A DNA stretch of 53,728 bases, from the IMG/VR virus record IMGVR_UViG_3300033233_000005; one strand, given 5' to 3'. The stretch comes from a virus (taxonomy: Duplodnaviria > Heunggongvirae > Uroviricota > Caudoviricetes). A program made the translations under genes and the position numbers. This document shows positions 17,033 to 26,752 of this stretch, in pieces; within the stretch, counting starts at the first letter, position 1, and every line of letters starts with the position of its first letter. Under the pieces are notes generated by a model. The model was not told where the DNA came from. It made no database searches and saw only the letters and a list, made by a program, of their open reading frames with translations.

Positions 17033-20016
17033 ACGATACTTATGTATCCCTTCACAATCACACGTTCTATTCAACCCTAGATGGTTTAAATAAGCCGATA
17101 GAGCTTGCCCAGACTGCCAAAGAAATGGGTTCTCCAGCCATAGCTATCACTGACCATGGAACTCTAGCTGGCATACCGGAATTCTTTGAAGCATGCAGGA
17201 AGACCGGAGTGAAGCCAATATTGGGTAATGAAATGTATTCAGTCCCTGATATAACAATTAGAGAAATCCTGATCACCCCGACAAAGAAACAATCGCGATC
17301 TGGCTACCATCTAACACTGTTAGCTAAAAATGCTACTGGATTTAAGAATTTGGTGGCTTTGAATAACATAGCATTCATGCGTGGGTTTTATTATTATCCT
17401 AAAATAGATTGGAAAGCACTGCTTGAGCACAAAGAGGGTTTAATAGTATTGTCAGCTTGTGCTTCGTCCGAATTGAGTCAATATTCAATCATGGACAGGG
17501 CACACAACGTTGCACCCAAATTCAAGGAAGCATTCGGTGACGATTATTATATGGAATTGATGGACAATTATATGGTCAAAGAATTACAACGTGGATTAAA
17601 TGAGAAGTTCTTAGAAGCAGCCAAGAAATTCAATATCAAATGTGTGGCTACCAATGATGCTCATTACCTAAAACAGGATATGTATGATATACATGATGTC
17701 GCCACCTGTATACAACAAAAGAAAACTATATCTACACCAGGTAGATTAAAATACGACGGCTTCTATCATCTAAAATCGATGACTGAAATGATCAAGGTAT
17801 TCCCACGTGAAGCCATCAATAATACTTTGGAAGTGGCAGAAAAGATAGAAGCATTCGATATCTATGACAAGACTATGCGATTGCCCCTGATGATGGGTGA
17901 AGATCCCGATGTATTATTGCGGATGTTGGCTACGGATGGATTAAAAAAGCGCAATCTTACGGGAGCGGTCTATATAGATCGCTTGAATAGAGAATTGGAA
18001 GTCATAGCCAAACTAGGATTGTCGGCATATTTTTTGGTAACCAAAGACATCATCGATAGTTCAATCAGATCCATCGGCTGTACAATGGCTTGGGGTAGAG
18101 GCTCATCTGCCTCTTCTTTAGTGTGCTATGCGCTAAGGATAACCGATGTCGACCCGATCAAGAGTGGCTTGCTGTTTGAACGGTTTGTAAATCCTCACCG
18201 CCCTGACTGGCCCGATATCGACATAGACGTGCCGCAGCAACACCGGCAGGAAGTCATAGCCAAGATATTTGAAAAATACGGGATTGATAAGGTAGCCCAC
18301 ATATCTACCATGCATAACTTGCGTCCTAAGATGCTGGTTAAAGACCTATGCAAGACGCTTGAATTAGACGCGGTTGATGCGGCCAAGCTAGCGGGGGCCG
18401 TTCCATTCGAAGCCACTGGCTGGGATGATTTGAAGGATAATAAGAAATTCACGGACATCGTAGATACTATGCCCGATAGTAATAAATTGATGGGATATTT
18501 GCAGTATCTGCTTGGTCTACCCAAGCATTTGGGTACCCATGCATCAGGGATCATCATTTCTAGTGACCCGATTACCGATCGTCTACCGATCAGGATGGAT
18601 GATACCAAAATGGTGTCTCAGTACACCATGCATCACGTCCATAAATTCGGGTTTATGAAATTCGACATCCTGGGATTAAAGACCTTAGATATCATATTCG
18701 CTGCGGCTAAGGATGCCGGTATAGACCTCAAGAATATACCGATGGAAGACAAGAAGACTTTCGATCTGATAGGTGAAGGTCGAGTGATAGGCGTGTTCCA
18801 GCTTGATGGATCACATTCCTATATCAAGCTATGCCGAGATATGAAACCAATCAAGTTTGATGAAATATGCCATATCGTTGCTCTACACCGTCCTGGAATA
18901 ATGGATTCTGGACAATTAACAGTGTATCTGGACAGACGCGCCGGTAGAATACCGGTCAAATATATACATCCTGACCTGGAACCGATATTAAAAGAAAATT
19001 ATGGCATCTGTATCTTCCAGGAAGACATGATGAAAATGGCACAAGTGTTTGCCAACTTCTCTTTAGCTGAGGCCGAGGATTTGCGCAAGGCCATCGCCAA
19101 GAAAGATCCTGAATTGATGAAACTGCAGAGTGCCAAGTTCACTGAACGAGCTACTGCATTGGGTAGAGACAAGGATAGTATCGCGTCCGCTCTAAGCATG
19201 CTAGAAGCGTCTGCTAGGTATTCATGGAATAAGGCGCATGGCTATGGCTATGGGCATATCACATATGCCTGTGCCTACCTGTCGGCTAATTATCCATTGC
19301 AGTTTTTCACCCATCTAATCAATATGGCATCAGAGGAAGACAAATCTACGTATCTGACTGAGGCGATGGCGCGTGGACTTAAGATCCTACCCCCTGATGT
19401 TAATAGATCCAATAAGAATGCTACTATCGATGGTGATGCTATCCGGTTGGGTCTGACTTCGATCAAGGGAATAGGCGACGCAATAGCAGACAAGATTATC
19501 AAGAACAGACCCTATGATAAGATCGACAAATTAAAAGCTACCGTCAATAAAACGGCTATCACCCTATTGTACTCAGTCAAGGCTGTAAGCACAGTTGGTG
19601 ATGCAGAAACTTGGGACCCCGGATTAAAGGCGGATGAATCTACCCTACTCGGTATATCACTCAGCAATAATCAAGCTGATTACGATAAACTGATCAAGGT
19701 AGCTGGGGCCGATCCAGTTCATACGATTGCTGGGATAGGGACTGCTATAGTTAAAATATTAACAGTTAAAGAAGTGACAGACAAATTAAAGAGAAAGATG
19801 GCTTTCTTAACTGGTGTAGATGTGCATGGTCCCAAACATGACATGGTTATGTTTGCTACGGAATATCAAGAGATGAAACCAAAACCCGGTGAGACATATA
19901 TTATGACCTTACGTAAGACACCAATAGGTAGCATGCAAATTAGGGGTTTGATATCGACCAAGGAATACATAGAACGGTATAATAAAAATCCTGCAAATGC
20001 CGAGAAGATCACATAG
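17029..20016 (+). CDS. dnaE: DNA polymerase III alpha subunit (family C)
   Basis: PHP domain HNHT..STLDG, TDHG, GNE, YHL, TNDAHY; GRGSSASS; catalytic PDIDID; KFDILGL; HhH LGLTSIKGIG; C-terminal OB fold. Confidence 0.97.
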   Translation: MNDTYVSLHNHTFYSTLDGLNKPIELAQTAKEMGSPAIAITDHGTLAGIPEFFEACRKTGVKPILGNEMYSVPDITIREILITPTKKQSRSGYHLTLLAKNATGFKNLVALNNIAFMRGFYYYPKIDWKALLEHKEGLIVLSACASSELSQYSIMDRAHNVAPKFKEAFGDDYYMELMDNYMVKELQRGLNEKFLEAAKKFNIKCVATNDAHYLKQDMYDIHDVATCIQQKKTISTPGRLKYDGFYHLKSMTEMIKVFPREAINNTLEVAEKIEAFDIYDKTMRLPLMMGEDPDVLLRMLATDGLKKRNLTGAVYIDRLNRELEVIAKLGLSAYFLVTKDIIDSSIRSIGCTMAWGRGSSASSLVCYALRITDVDPIKSGLLFERFVNPHRPDWPDIDIDVPQQHRQEVIAKIFEKYGIDKVAHISTMHNLRPKMLVKDLCKTLELDAVDAAKLAGAVPFEATGWDDLKDNKKFTDIVDTMPDSNKLMGYLQYLLGLPKHLGTHASGIIISSDPITDRLPIRMDDTKMVSQYTMHHVHKFGFMKFDILGLKTLDIIFAAAKDAGIDLKNIPMEDKKTFDLIGEGRVIGVFQLDGSHSYIKLCRDMKPIKFDEICHIVALHRPGIMDSGQLTVYLDRRAGRIPVKYIHPDLEPILKENYGICIFQEDMMKMAQVFANFSLAEAEDLRKAIAKKDPELMKLQSAKFTERATALGRDKDSIASALSMLEASARYSWNKAHGYGYGHITYACAYLSANYPLQFFTHLINMASEEDKSTYLTEAMARGLKILPPDVNRSNKNATIDGDAIRLGLTSIKGIGDAIADKIIKNRPYDKIDKLKATVNKTAITLLYSVKAVSTVGDAETWDPGLKADESTLLGISLSNNQADYDKLIKVAGADPVHTIAGIGTAIVKILTVKEVTDKLKRKMAFLTGVDVHGPKHDMVMFATEYQEMKPKPGETYIMTLRKTPIGSMQIRGLISTKEYIERYNKNPANAEKIT

Positions 20017-21061
20017 AATACTGGTTACAGCTGATTGGCACATCGGAGACTATCGTGGACCTGTTGTAAATGGGCTAAATGGTAGACTTATCGATGTTCG
20101 CAATCGTATATCAGAATTAATAGAGTACGCGGTTAGCAATTCCATAGAAGCGATCGTATTCTGTGGAGACATGTTCCGGGATAAGCATCCTGGAATGATC
20201 CACCTAAAGACAGCGGCCTCTATTATAAAAGAGATTAGCAGTAAACAGATCAAGTTTATTGCTATCCCAGGCAACCACGATGTCAGCAAATTAAGGATGC
20301 ATGCCCATGCCCTGTCTGCCTTCAAACCATTGACGCCAAATAATGTTGTGATAGCTGATCAACCTGGCGTGTTTGAATTAGACCTCAACACCAGGTTGCT
20401 GTTATTCCCCTATATGTCGTCCCCGCAAGACAAGCCATTAAAGGAATTTCTTAAAGACGCCAGGAAGGATGATATTCTGGTTATGCACGGTACTATCGAA
20501 GGTAGCTTAATGACTAAATTGACTGACTATGAGATACACGACGAAGATACTATATTCATGGACACTATCAGTAAAGTTAGAGGTGTGTTCGCCGGTCATA
20601 TCCATGACAATCAGCATTATGGTAAAGTATGGTATCCGGGTTCTTTGGAAAGGCTCAGTTTTGATGAGGAATACAGCGACAGGGGATTTTTGGATATTAC
20701 TATCGGTGACACGATCGAATCTAAATTCATTCCTGTAGTGGCCAGAAGGCTTGTTACCATACACGCAGAAGATATTAACGACGTAGAAACCGGTAAACTC
20801 AATATCAAAGATGCCGTAGTGAGAGTAGTTGGGGCCGATAAACAGAATGTCAGTGATATCAGAAGATTATTAACTGATAAGGGCGTATATTATATTACGA
20901 ACATACAGACCTTAGGTGTAGAATTTAGAGAAGCACCAAAGACCGGTTTAGGAGTACCTGATCTGGTCAAACGTTATGCTCAAAAGATTGGGTATAAGGG
21001 AGACATGGACAATGCCACAAGAGCCATCCTTGAAGTCCTCAACAGTATCCCCACAGCTTGA
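19997..21061 (+). CDS. sbcD: SbcD/Mre11 metallophosphoesterase nuclease
   Basis: TADWHIG, CGDMF, PGNHD, MHG, AGHIHD, YPGSLERLSFDE. Confidence 0.92.
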   Translation: MPRRSHRILVTADWHIGDYRGPVVNGLNGRLIDVRNRISELIEYAVSNSIEAIVFCGDMFRDKHPGMIHLKTAASIIKEISSKQIKFIAIPGNHDVSKLRMHAHALSAFKPLTPNNVVIADQPGVFELDLNTRLLLFPYMSSPQDKPLKEFLKDARKDDILVMHGTIEGSLMTKLTDYEIHDEDTIFMDTISKVRGVFAGHIHDNQHYGKVWYPGSLERLSFDEEYSDRGFLDITIGDTIESKFIPVVARRLVTIHAEDINDVETGKLNIKDAVVRVVGADKQNVSDIRRLLTDKGVYYITNIQTLGVEFREAPKTGLGVPDLVKRYAQKIGYKGDMDNATRAILEVLNSIPTA

Positions 21062-21192
21062 CGAGTTCAAAGACATGCTGAACTGGACTGCCAGTAATCT
21101 GGATACCACTCAGAATGCCAAATTACGTGAACTGGTAGACCAGATACGCGACATAAGGGAATCATTAACAGCAGATGTGTATGGAGACAGAA

Positions 21193-21387
21193 ATGGCAAT
21201 GCCAAGAAATGATATAACAATTGAGGAAGTCAATGCATGCATTGCTCATGTGGTAAAAACTGTAGCTAAAACCAAATTGATCAATTATACCAAGCAAGTG
21301 GTGTTTAAGGCCATGTCCGATAGCATTCAAATGGTCACGTTGGCCCCTGACTTATATCCGGATGGTCCTGATTATGAAAATTCATAA
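21193..21387 (+). CDS. hypothetical protein
   Basis: GGAG SD; overlaps the sbcC start. Confidence 0.5.
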   Translation: MAMPRNDITIEEVNACIAHVVKTVAKTKLINYTKQVVFKAMSDSIQMVTLAPDLYPDGPDYENS

Positions 21388-23377
21388 GTTAGCTCTGACC
21401 AATTTTCTTTCTTATAGAGACTGCGTGTTAGACCTGTCTCAGATAACAGCGTGCTCTATACTCGGGCCTAACGGTTCTGGCAAATCGTCTATAGCGGAAG
21501 CCATCATATGGGTATTATTCGGGCATGCCAGACTGCCAAATAAAGAATTGGTGCATACTGGCGAGACTAACATGGCCATATCGATGGATTTCTCTATGGA
21601 TGAGAATGAATACCACGTGAAACGTGGATACGATTCTGGTACGCTATCTCTAACAATGACAGAGAATGGTGTGCAGATAGCCAGCACCGTTATGCAGGGT
21701 TCAGTAGCGCTGGCTAAGATCGTTGGAGCTTCTAAGGAATTGATATCTCAGTCTATTGTTGTGCAACAGGGACAATTGTCTTCATTTGTCATGTCTACCC
21801 CCACCCAAAGGCGCGATCTAATAGCGTCCATGTTAGGTCTGGATAGGTTTGTCACAGCATGGGATATAGCAAAAGAATCACTTAGAATCATGAACACCAC
21901 CGTGTTGACCCACGATCACACATTGATGGTGGTAAAGAGTGAATTGTCCAGATACCCAGATGTATTCACTATCGATTCAACTATTAGGAAACTAACCGAT
22001 GAAATAACTCCAGTCACGGCATCTATATCTGCTCTGGTTATTAAAAAAGAACAGTTACTAGCACAACATACAGAAGCAAGAGATAGAATAGTAGAATACA
22101 ATGCTCAATCCGACGATCTTATGCGACAGATAATAGATTCTCGTAATCTGTTTGATGCTAATATAATCAGGCTGCAACAGGCTGTTGATAACGCGCAGGA
22201 GCAGATTGATAGTAGACCATCATTGGAAATCGAACGAACTGATTTTAGCAAGGAATTAGTCACTGCCAACCAGGTCATAGATGTCATGCGTGATCTTAGA
22301 CAACAGATCACGCAATGCGAAACTGCTATTAAAGAGGCAAGGATTAAGGTATCTATAGTCTCTGGTATTGAGAACGTATGCCCATTGTGTGGTACTCAGA
22401 TAGAAGCCGATAAATGGCGCTCAATACTAAATAATATGGAATCGTCGATGTCGCAGTTAATTTCTGAATTAAATAGTTATACTGCTAAGATGGCGCAGAT
22501 TCCATCTATTAGAACTGTGAATAGTATATCAACCGATATAACCACAGTGGAATCTAAATTAGCTAAGACGTATGCAATAGAATCATCCATGGGAGTATTA
22601 ACCATTGAATTGGACAAGATTAAACAGCAGAAATATGTGGCGATCGGCATGCTTGAAGCCAAGTTAAAATCAACTGCGGAGGGTATATCCAGATTAAAAG
22701 AAGCAATGCATATAGACCTAGATCTTATGGACAAGGAACTAGTAGAATTAAATAATAAACACGCTTCTTTATCTGATGAATTGATTAAATGGGCTGGTAC
22801 AAAACAAGCCAGAGAATCTCAGGAGAAAATGGCCACTAACACGGATACCCTTTTGAAGTTATCGAAGGAACGCATACCAGAAACTGAATTTATCAGTGCA
22901 GCATTGTCTCCTGCTGGGATCCCGCTTATGCTTATAGATCATTATATTCCTCTCATAGAAGAGAAATCGAAAGAAATACTGCATGTGATCTCTGATGGAC
23001 AAATGCAATTGCAGCTAAAGGTAGTGGAGGACAAGTCCAAGAAGGGTATAGATGTATTAGCTGGTGTTGGACATTTACGTCCGATACGTTCTTTATCTGG
23101 TGGAGAACAGACAAGAGTAAGTTTGGCCCTGCGTGTAGCTTTGAGTCAGATTCTACATGAAATGACCAATTGTAGATTTGATTGTTTATTAATCGATGAG
23201 CCAGAGTATCTAGATGAGCAAGGCATCACACAATTTATATCCGCAGTAAATGGACTACGTTCCATGTTTCCACAGATATTTGTAATGAGTCACTTAGATC
23301 AAGTGAAACACGCATTCAATCAGCATATACTTGTTCAGAAAACTGATAATATCAGTTTTGCTGATGTAGTGGTATAA
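21374..23377 (+). CDS. sbcC: SbcC/Rad50 SMC-like ATPase
   Basis: NFLSY, GPNGSGKSS, VVQQG, Zn hook CPLCG, LSGGE, LLIDEP, VMSH. Confidence 0.93.
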   Translation: MKIHKLALTNFLSYRDCVLDLSQITACSILGPNGSGKSSIAEAIIWVLFGHARLPNKELVHTGETNMAISMDFSMDENEYHVKRGYDSGTLSLTMTENGVQIASTVMQGSVALAKIVGASKELISQSIVVQQGQLSSFVMSTPTQRRDLIASMLGLDRFVTAWDIAKESLRIMNTTVLTHDHTLMVVKSELSRYPDVFTIDSTIRKLTDEITPVTASISALVIKKEQLLAQHTEARDRIVEYNAQSDDLMRQIIDSRNLFDANIIRLQQAVDNAQEQIDSRPSLEIERTDFSKELVTANQVIDVMRDLRQQITQCETAIKEARIKVSIVSGIENVCPLCGTQIEADKWRSILNNMESSMSQLISELNSYTAKMAQIPSIRTVNSISTDITTVESKLAKTYAIESSMGVLTIELDKIKQQKYVAIGMLEAKLKSTAEGISRLKEAMHIDLDLMDKELVELNNKHASLSDELIKWAGTKQARESQEKMATNTDTLLKLSKERIPETEFISAALSPAGIPLMLIDHYIPLIEEKSKEILHVISDGQMQLQLKVVEDKSKKGIDVLAGVGHLRPIRSLSGGEQTRVSLALRVALSQILHEMTNCRFDCLLIDEPEYLDEQGITQFISAVNGLRSMFPQIFVMSHLDQVKHAFNQHILVQKTDNISFADVVV

Positions 23378-23404
23378 AATAGCATGAAGAGATTTTGCAA
23401 TAAA

Positions 23405-23433
23405 TTGACTAATGACAGCAGAAGGTCTATAAT
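23405..23433 (+). promoter_or_regulatory. consensus sigma70 promoter of nrdJ
   Basis: TTGACT(23405-23410)-17 nt-TATAAT(23428-23433). Confidence 0.85.
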
Positions 23434-23436
23434 GAC

Positions 23437-23448
23437 TTATTGCAATAA
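23437..23448. promoter_or_regulatory. palindromic operator TTATTGCAATAA
   Basis: Perfect 12-bp palindrome over the predicted +1; a 10/12 copy at 23392-23403 lies upstream of the -35. Confidence 0.55.
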
Positions 23449-23576
23449 CAGCAATTGAAAGAATCTGGAGGCAGTGAAGTAGAGGTTGTTTTATCTGAAA
23501 TTATGTCTGAATATTAGACACGATTTATCGGATAGATTAAACCTCCTATAACATAGTCAGTTAAAAAGGAGGTCTT

Positions 23577-25772
23577 ATGTCCCCGACGCTAACAGATAAC
23601 GCCCTCACTGTTTTAAAGAAGAGATATTTATCACGTGATGCATCAGGTAATATTACTGAAACTCCAGAAGAGATGTTTAAGAGAGTTTCCTATCATGTAG
23701 CACAGGCAGAATTAAACGAGAACGATCGTCTTTATTGGAGAAACAAGTTTTATGATATAATGGCTGGATTGCATTTTCTACCTAATACACCATGCCTTAT
23801 AAATGCCGGTAGACCATTTGGAATGTTGAGTGCCTGTTTCTGTCTCCCATTGGACGATTCATTAGAAGACATCTTCCAAACATTAAAAGAAGCGATTATG
23901 GTGCAGAAAATGGGCGGTGGAACTGGCTTCCCGTTGCACAACTTGCGTCCCAAGGGCGATCACATTGCCAGCACTGGCCACCAGACCTCCGGGCCGATAT
24001 CATTCTTGAAGGTGATGGATGCCTCAATGGAGATCATCCGTCAGGGCGGAGTACGGCATGGCGCTAATATGGCTGTCATGCGTGTCGATCATCCTGATAT
24101 TGAGGATTTTATAGACTGTAAATCAAAAGAAGGGGAAATACGCAATTTCAACATATCAGTGGGTACTACCGATGCATTTATTAGCGCGGTCAGGCATAAC
24201 ACCGATTTCAACCTGATCAATCCACGTACCGGAGTCTCAATCAAAAAGATCAATGCCCGTGGGTTATGGAGAAAAATAGCAGAAGGCGCGTGGCGCAATG
24301 GAGAACCTGGCGTAATATATCTGGATGAGATGAATAGACACCACCCTACGCCAGCTGTTAATAAGATCGACACTACTAATCCTTGTGGAGAGCAGGGACT
24401 GCCAGCTTACGATTCATGCAACCTGGGGTCTATTAACCTGAATCATGTGCTTAAGCCTATTATGCCAGGTAAATACGAAATCGATTACGATAAGCTATCC
24501 GAATTAACGGAGACATGCATACGTTTCCTGGATGATGTGATTACCGTGAATAAATATCCTATTGAGAAGATAGAAAAGGCTAGCAGAGCCAGCCGACGTA
24601 TAGGGCTGGGCATCATGGGTCTAGCAGATGCACTATTACTGTGTCATATCGACTATGCTTCGGAAGAGGGATTCGATCTGGCATCTAATATCATGGAATG
24701 TATCAATAGGACCGCGCATGAGTATTCCAGACGGTTGGCTAAGGAGCGTGGAGCATTTCCACTGTGTGAAGTCAGTATGTACCAGAACGACCCACATCGT
24801 AATGCTACATTAACTACCATCGCTCCAACTGGCTCCATCAGTATGTTAGCCAATTGCTCTTCTGGATGTGAACCACATTTTGCCATGGCTTTCGAGAAAC
24901 GCATCCTGGATGGAGAAAAATTGTTTGAAATCAATCAGGCATTCGTACGTTTGGCCAAAGAGAATGGTTTCTGGCATGAGGGATTAGGAGCCGAAATAGT
25001 TAAGAATGGTGGATCAGTTACCGGATTGGCATCAGTGCCGCCTAAATTCCGTGAGATGGTTAGAATATCATCTGAGATCCCGGCTATCGACCATGTCAAG
25101 ATGCAAGCCGCCTGTCAGAAGCATGTAGACAATAGTATATCCAAGACTATCAATGCTCCTCATTCAATTACGGTAGAGGAAGTAGAGAAGGTGTTCATGT
25201 TCGCACATGAATGGGGGTGCCGTGGATTGACCTTTTATCGTGAGGGGTCCAGGAGTGAAGTGGTACTAGCCAAGCCAGAGGCCCCAGCGAGTAAACTGGC
25301 TGATGCTATTATCGTGCATGCCACCCAAGATTTACCACCTAGACCGACTACAATGACTGGACAGACACACAAGATCAGGACAGGTTTTGGTGGAATGTAT
25401 ATCACGATTAATCGTGATAAGAGTGATAAGATCTCTGAGGTATTCGTCACCAGTAATGATGTAGGTGGAGAATTTAGGGCATGGACCGAGTTTTCATCTA
25501 GAGTAATATCTTATGCCCTTAGGATGGGTGTACCCCTTGATCTGATTATTAAGGCTGGCAAGCATATACGTGGGTCTAAACCTATCATAGTTAATGGGAA
25601 ACCCATCTTGTCAGGACCGGACGCAGTTGCTAAAGTATTAGAAAAGGAAGCAAACATGAACGTGGAGGTAGAAAATGAGTCTGAAACCATCTGTCCTGAG
25701 TGCTCTAGCCAACTCACTTTGGAAGAAGGATGTAAAAAATGTCACTCTTGTGGGTACGCCGCCTGTGGCTGA
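23577..25772 (+). CDS. nrdJ: class II (B12-dependent) ribonucleotide reductase
   Basis: PNTPCL, SACF, GGGTG, RPKG, GGVRHGA, TNPCGEQ, CNLGS, TIAPTG; TSCPD-like domain and C-terminal Zn ribbon; no beta-subunit gene in the window. Confidence 0.93.
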   Translation: MSPTLTDNALTVLKKRYLSRDASGNITETPEEMFKRVSYHVAQAELNENDRLYWRNKFYDIMAGLHFLPNTPCLINAGRPFGMLSACFCLPLDDSLEDIFQTLKEAIMVQKMGGGTGFPLHNLRPKGDHIASTGHQTSGPISFLKVMDASMEIIRQGGVRHGANMAVMRVDHPDIEDFIDCKSKEGEIRNFNISVGTTDAFISAVRHNTDFNLINPRTGVSIKKINARGLWRKIAEGAWRNGEPGVIYLDEMNRHHPTPAVNKIDTTNPCGEQGLPAYDSCNLGSINLNHVLKPIMPGKYEIDYDKLSELTETCIRFLDDVITVNKYPIEKIEKASRASRRIGLGIMGLADALLLCHIDYASEEGFDLASNIMECINRTAHEYSRRLAKERGAFPLCEVSMYQNDPHRNATLTTIAPTGSISMLANCSSGCEPHFAMAFEKRILDGEKLFEINQAFVRLAKENGFWHEGLGAEIVKNGGSVTGLASVPPKFREMVRISSEIPAIDHVKMQAACQKHVDNSISKTINAPHSITVEEVEKVFMFAHEWGCRGLTFYREGSRSEVVLAKPEAPASKLADAIIVHATQDLPPRPTTMTGQTHKIRTGFGGMYITINRDKSDKISEVFVTSNDVGGEFRAWTEFSSRVISYALRMGVPLDLIIKAGKHIRGSKPIIVNGKPILSGPDAVAKVLEKEANMNVEVENESETICPECSSQLTLEEGCKKCHSCGYAACG

Positions 25773-25776
25773 CGAC

Positions 25777-26067
25777 ATGCTAGAAGACATACCAGATGCA
25801 GGGGCATCAACCAAATCGTATTTCCCACCAATCAATCTTATGCTACAAGTGCCAACTAAAGCCGAACGCATGGGGCGCTTACAGAAGGTTAACAATGATC
25901 GGAGTATGAATGCCAAGCCATCATACGTGGAAAAGGCTAAGAAAACTCATATGCAACAGATACTACTACAAATGCAGCTGGCAAAACAGGAAATACAAAC
26001 ATTAAGGAACAATCAGATGGATGATGCCACATTGGTGGATGCGTATAAGAAGTTAGATAGGAATTAG
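25777..26067 (+). CDS. hypothetical protein
   Basis: ATG just after the nrdJ stop. Confidence 0.55.
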   Translation: MLEDIPDAGASTKSYFPPINLMLQVPTKAERMGRLQKVNNDRSMNAKPSYVEKAKKTHMQQILLQMQLAKQEIQTLRNNQMDDATLVDAYKKLDRN

Positions 26068-26116
26068 CATGCTAGATCGGCGTTAAAGATAACAGCGCGA
26101 TCGGTATAATTTAAGT

Positions 26117-26194
26117 GCAGATCGATGTTGAACTGACATTCACTTCTTAGTGATTTCCTCGATGAGGAAAGTTGGTCAGACTCACTCGATCTGC
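26117..26194 (+). ncRNA. unassigned multibranch structured RNA or leader
   Basis: GCAGATCGA/TCGATCTGC, CTGAC/GTCAG, TCACT/AGTGA, TTTCCTC/GAGGAAA; starts 7 nt after TATAAT (26105-26110). Confidence 0.5.
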
Positions 26195-26201
26195 CGGTAT
26201 T

Positions 26202-26396
26202 ATGAAGCGATTAATTATTGATGTGCATAAATTGTCTGAGCAGGGACTGGATAAGATGTATGCCACGTGCGAGTATTATCTAATTGGTAAACATAAGGAC
26301 TATGCTATAAACCGCATTTTAAAAGTGTGCAGGAAAGATTACACCATTAAACACACGGAGCTATGGCATGAATGCTTCTTCAAAAGAATGGGATAA
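26202..26396 (+). CDS. hypothetical protein
   Basis: ATG 8 nt after the structured element. Confidence 0.5.
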   Translation: MKRLIIDVHKLSEQGLDKMYATCEYYLIGKHKDYAINRILKVCRKDYTIKHTELWHECFFKRMG

Positions 26397-26706
26397 ACCA
26401 GCCGCTGGCCCAACTAGGGGGTCGTGGAAGCATATTGAATCGCTTATTATTAAGGGTGAGCATCAGTATATCTGGAGATTGATCTATCACGTAGTACCCC
26501 ATGGTGACATGGGCCAGGGTGCCAAGATCATCACCAAGAAGCCAAATGAACAGGAATGGCATCTTAGTCAGAATCTGCCGTATGCATTTGATGACAATCT
26601 ACCCCTAGTAATTAAATTATTTAAGAATGGCATTAAGAAATTGGACCCCACCGCCAAGTTTACGGAGGGCGACACAGACCCAGGAGTACCAATTATCCCC
26701 GGATAA
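26368..26706 (+). CDS. hypothetical protein
   Basis: GGAG upstream; overlaps the previous ORF. Confidence 0.6.
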   Translation: MNASSKEWDKPAAGPTRGSWKHIESLIIKGEHQYIWRLIYHVVPHGDMGQGAKIITKKPNEQEWHLSQNLPYAFDDNLPLVIKLFKNGIKKLDPTAKFTEGDTDPGVPIIPG

Positions 26707-26730
26707 TCATTCCATCGACATATGACATCA

Positions 26731-26739
26731 TGCTATACT
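26731..26739 (+). promoter_or_regulatory. extended -10 promoter ahead of terS
   Basis: TG-c-TATACT, 13 nt before an ATG with no SD. Confidence 0.5.
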
Positions 26740-26752
26740 CTTAATAAAGAGT

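Noticed and set aside
19997-21061. DatZ-like dATPase
   Set aside because: Calcineurin-like DxH/GD/GNHD/GHxH motifs and the adjacent SbcC make it SbcD, not an HD-domain enzyme
20976-21212. Programmed frameshift extending SbcD
   Set aside because: No slippery site or stimulatory structure seen; a small separate ORF from ATG 21076 is equally possible
23434-23576. Cobalamin riboswitch or NrdR boxes before nrdJ
   Set aside because: No B12-box or NrdR consensus is visible
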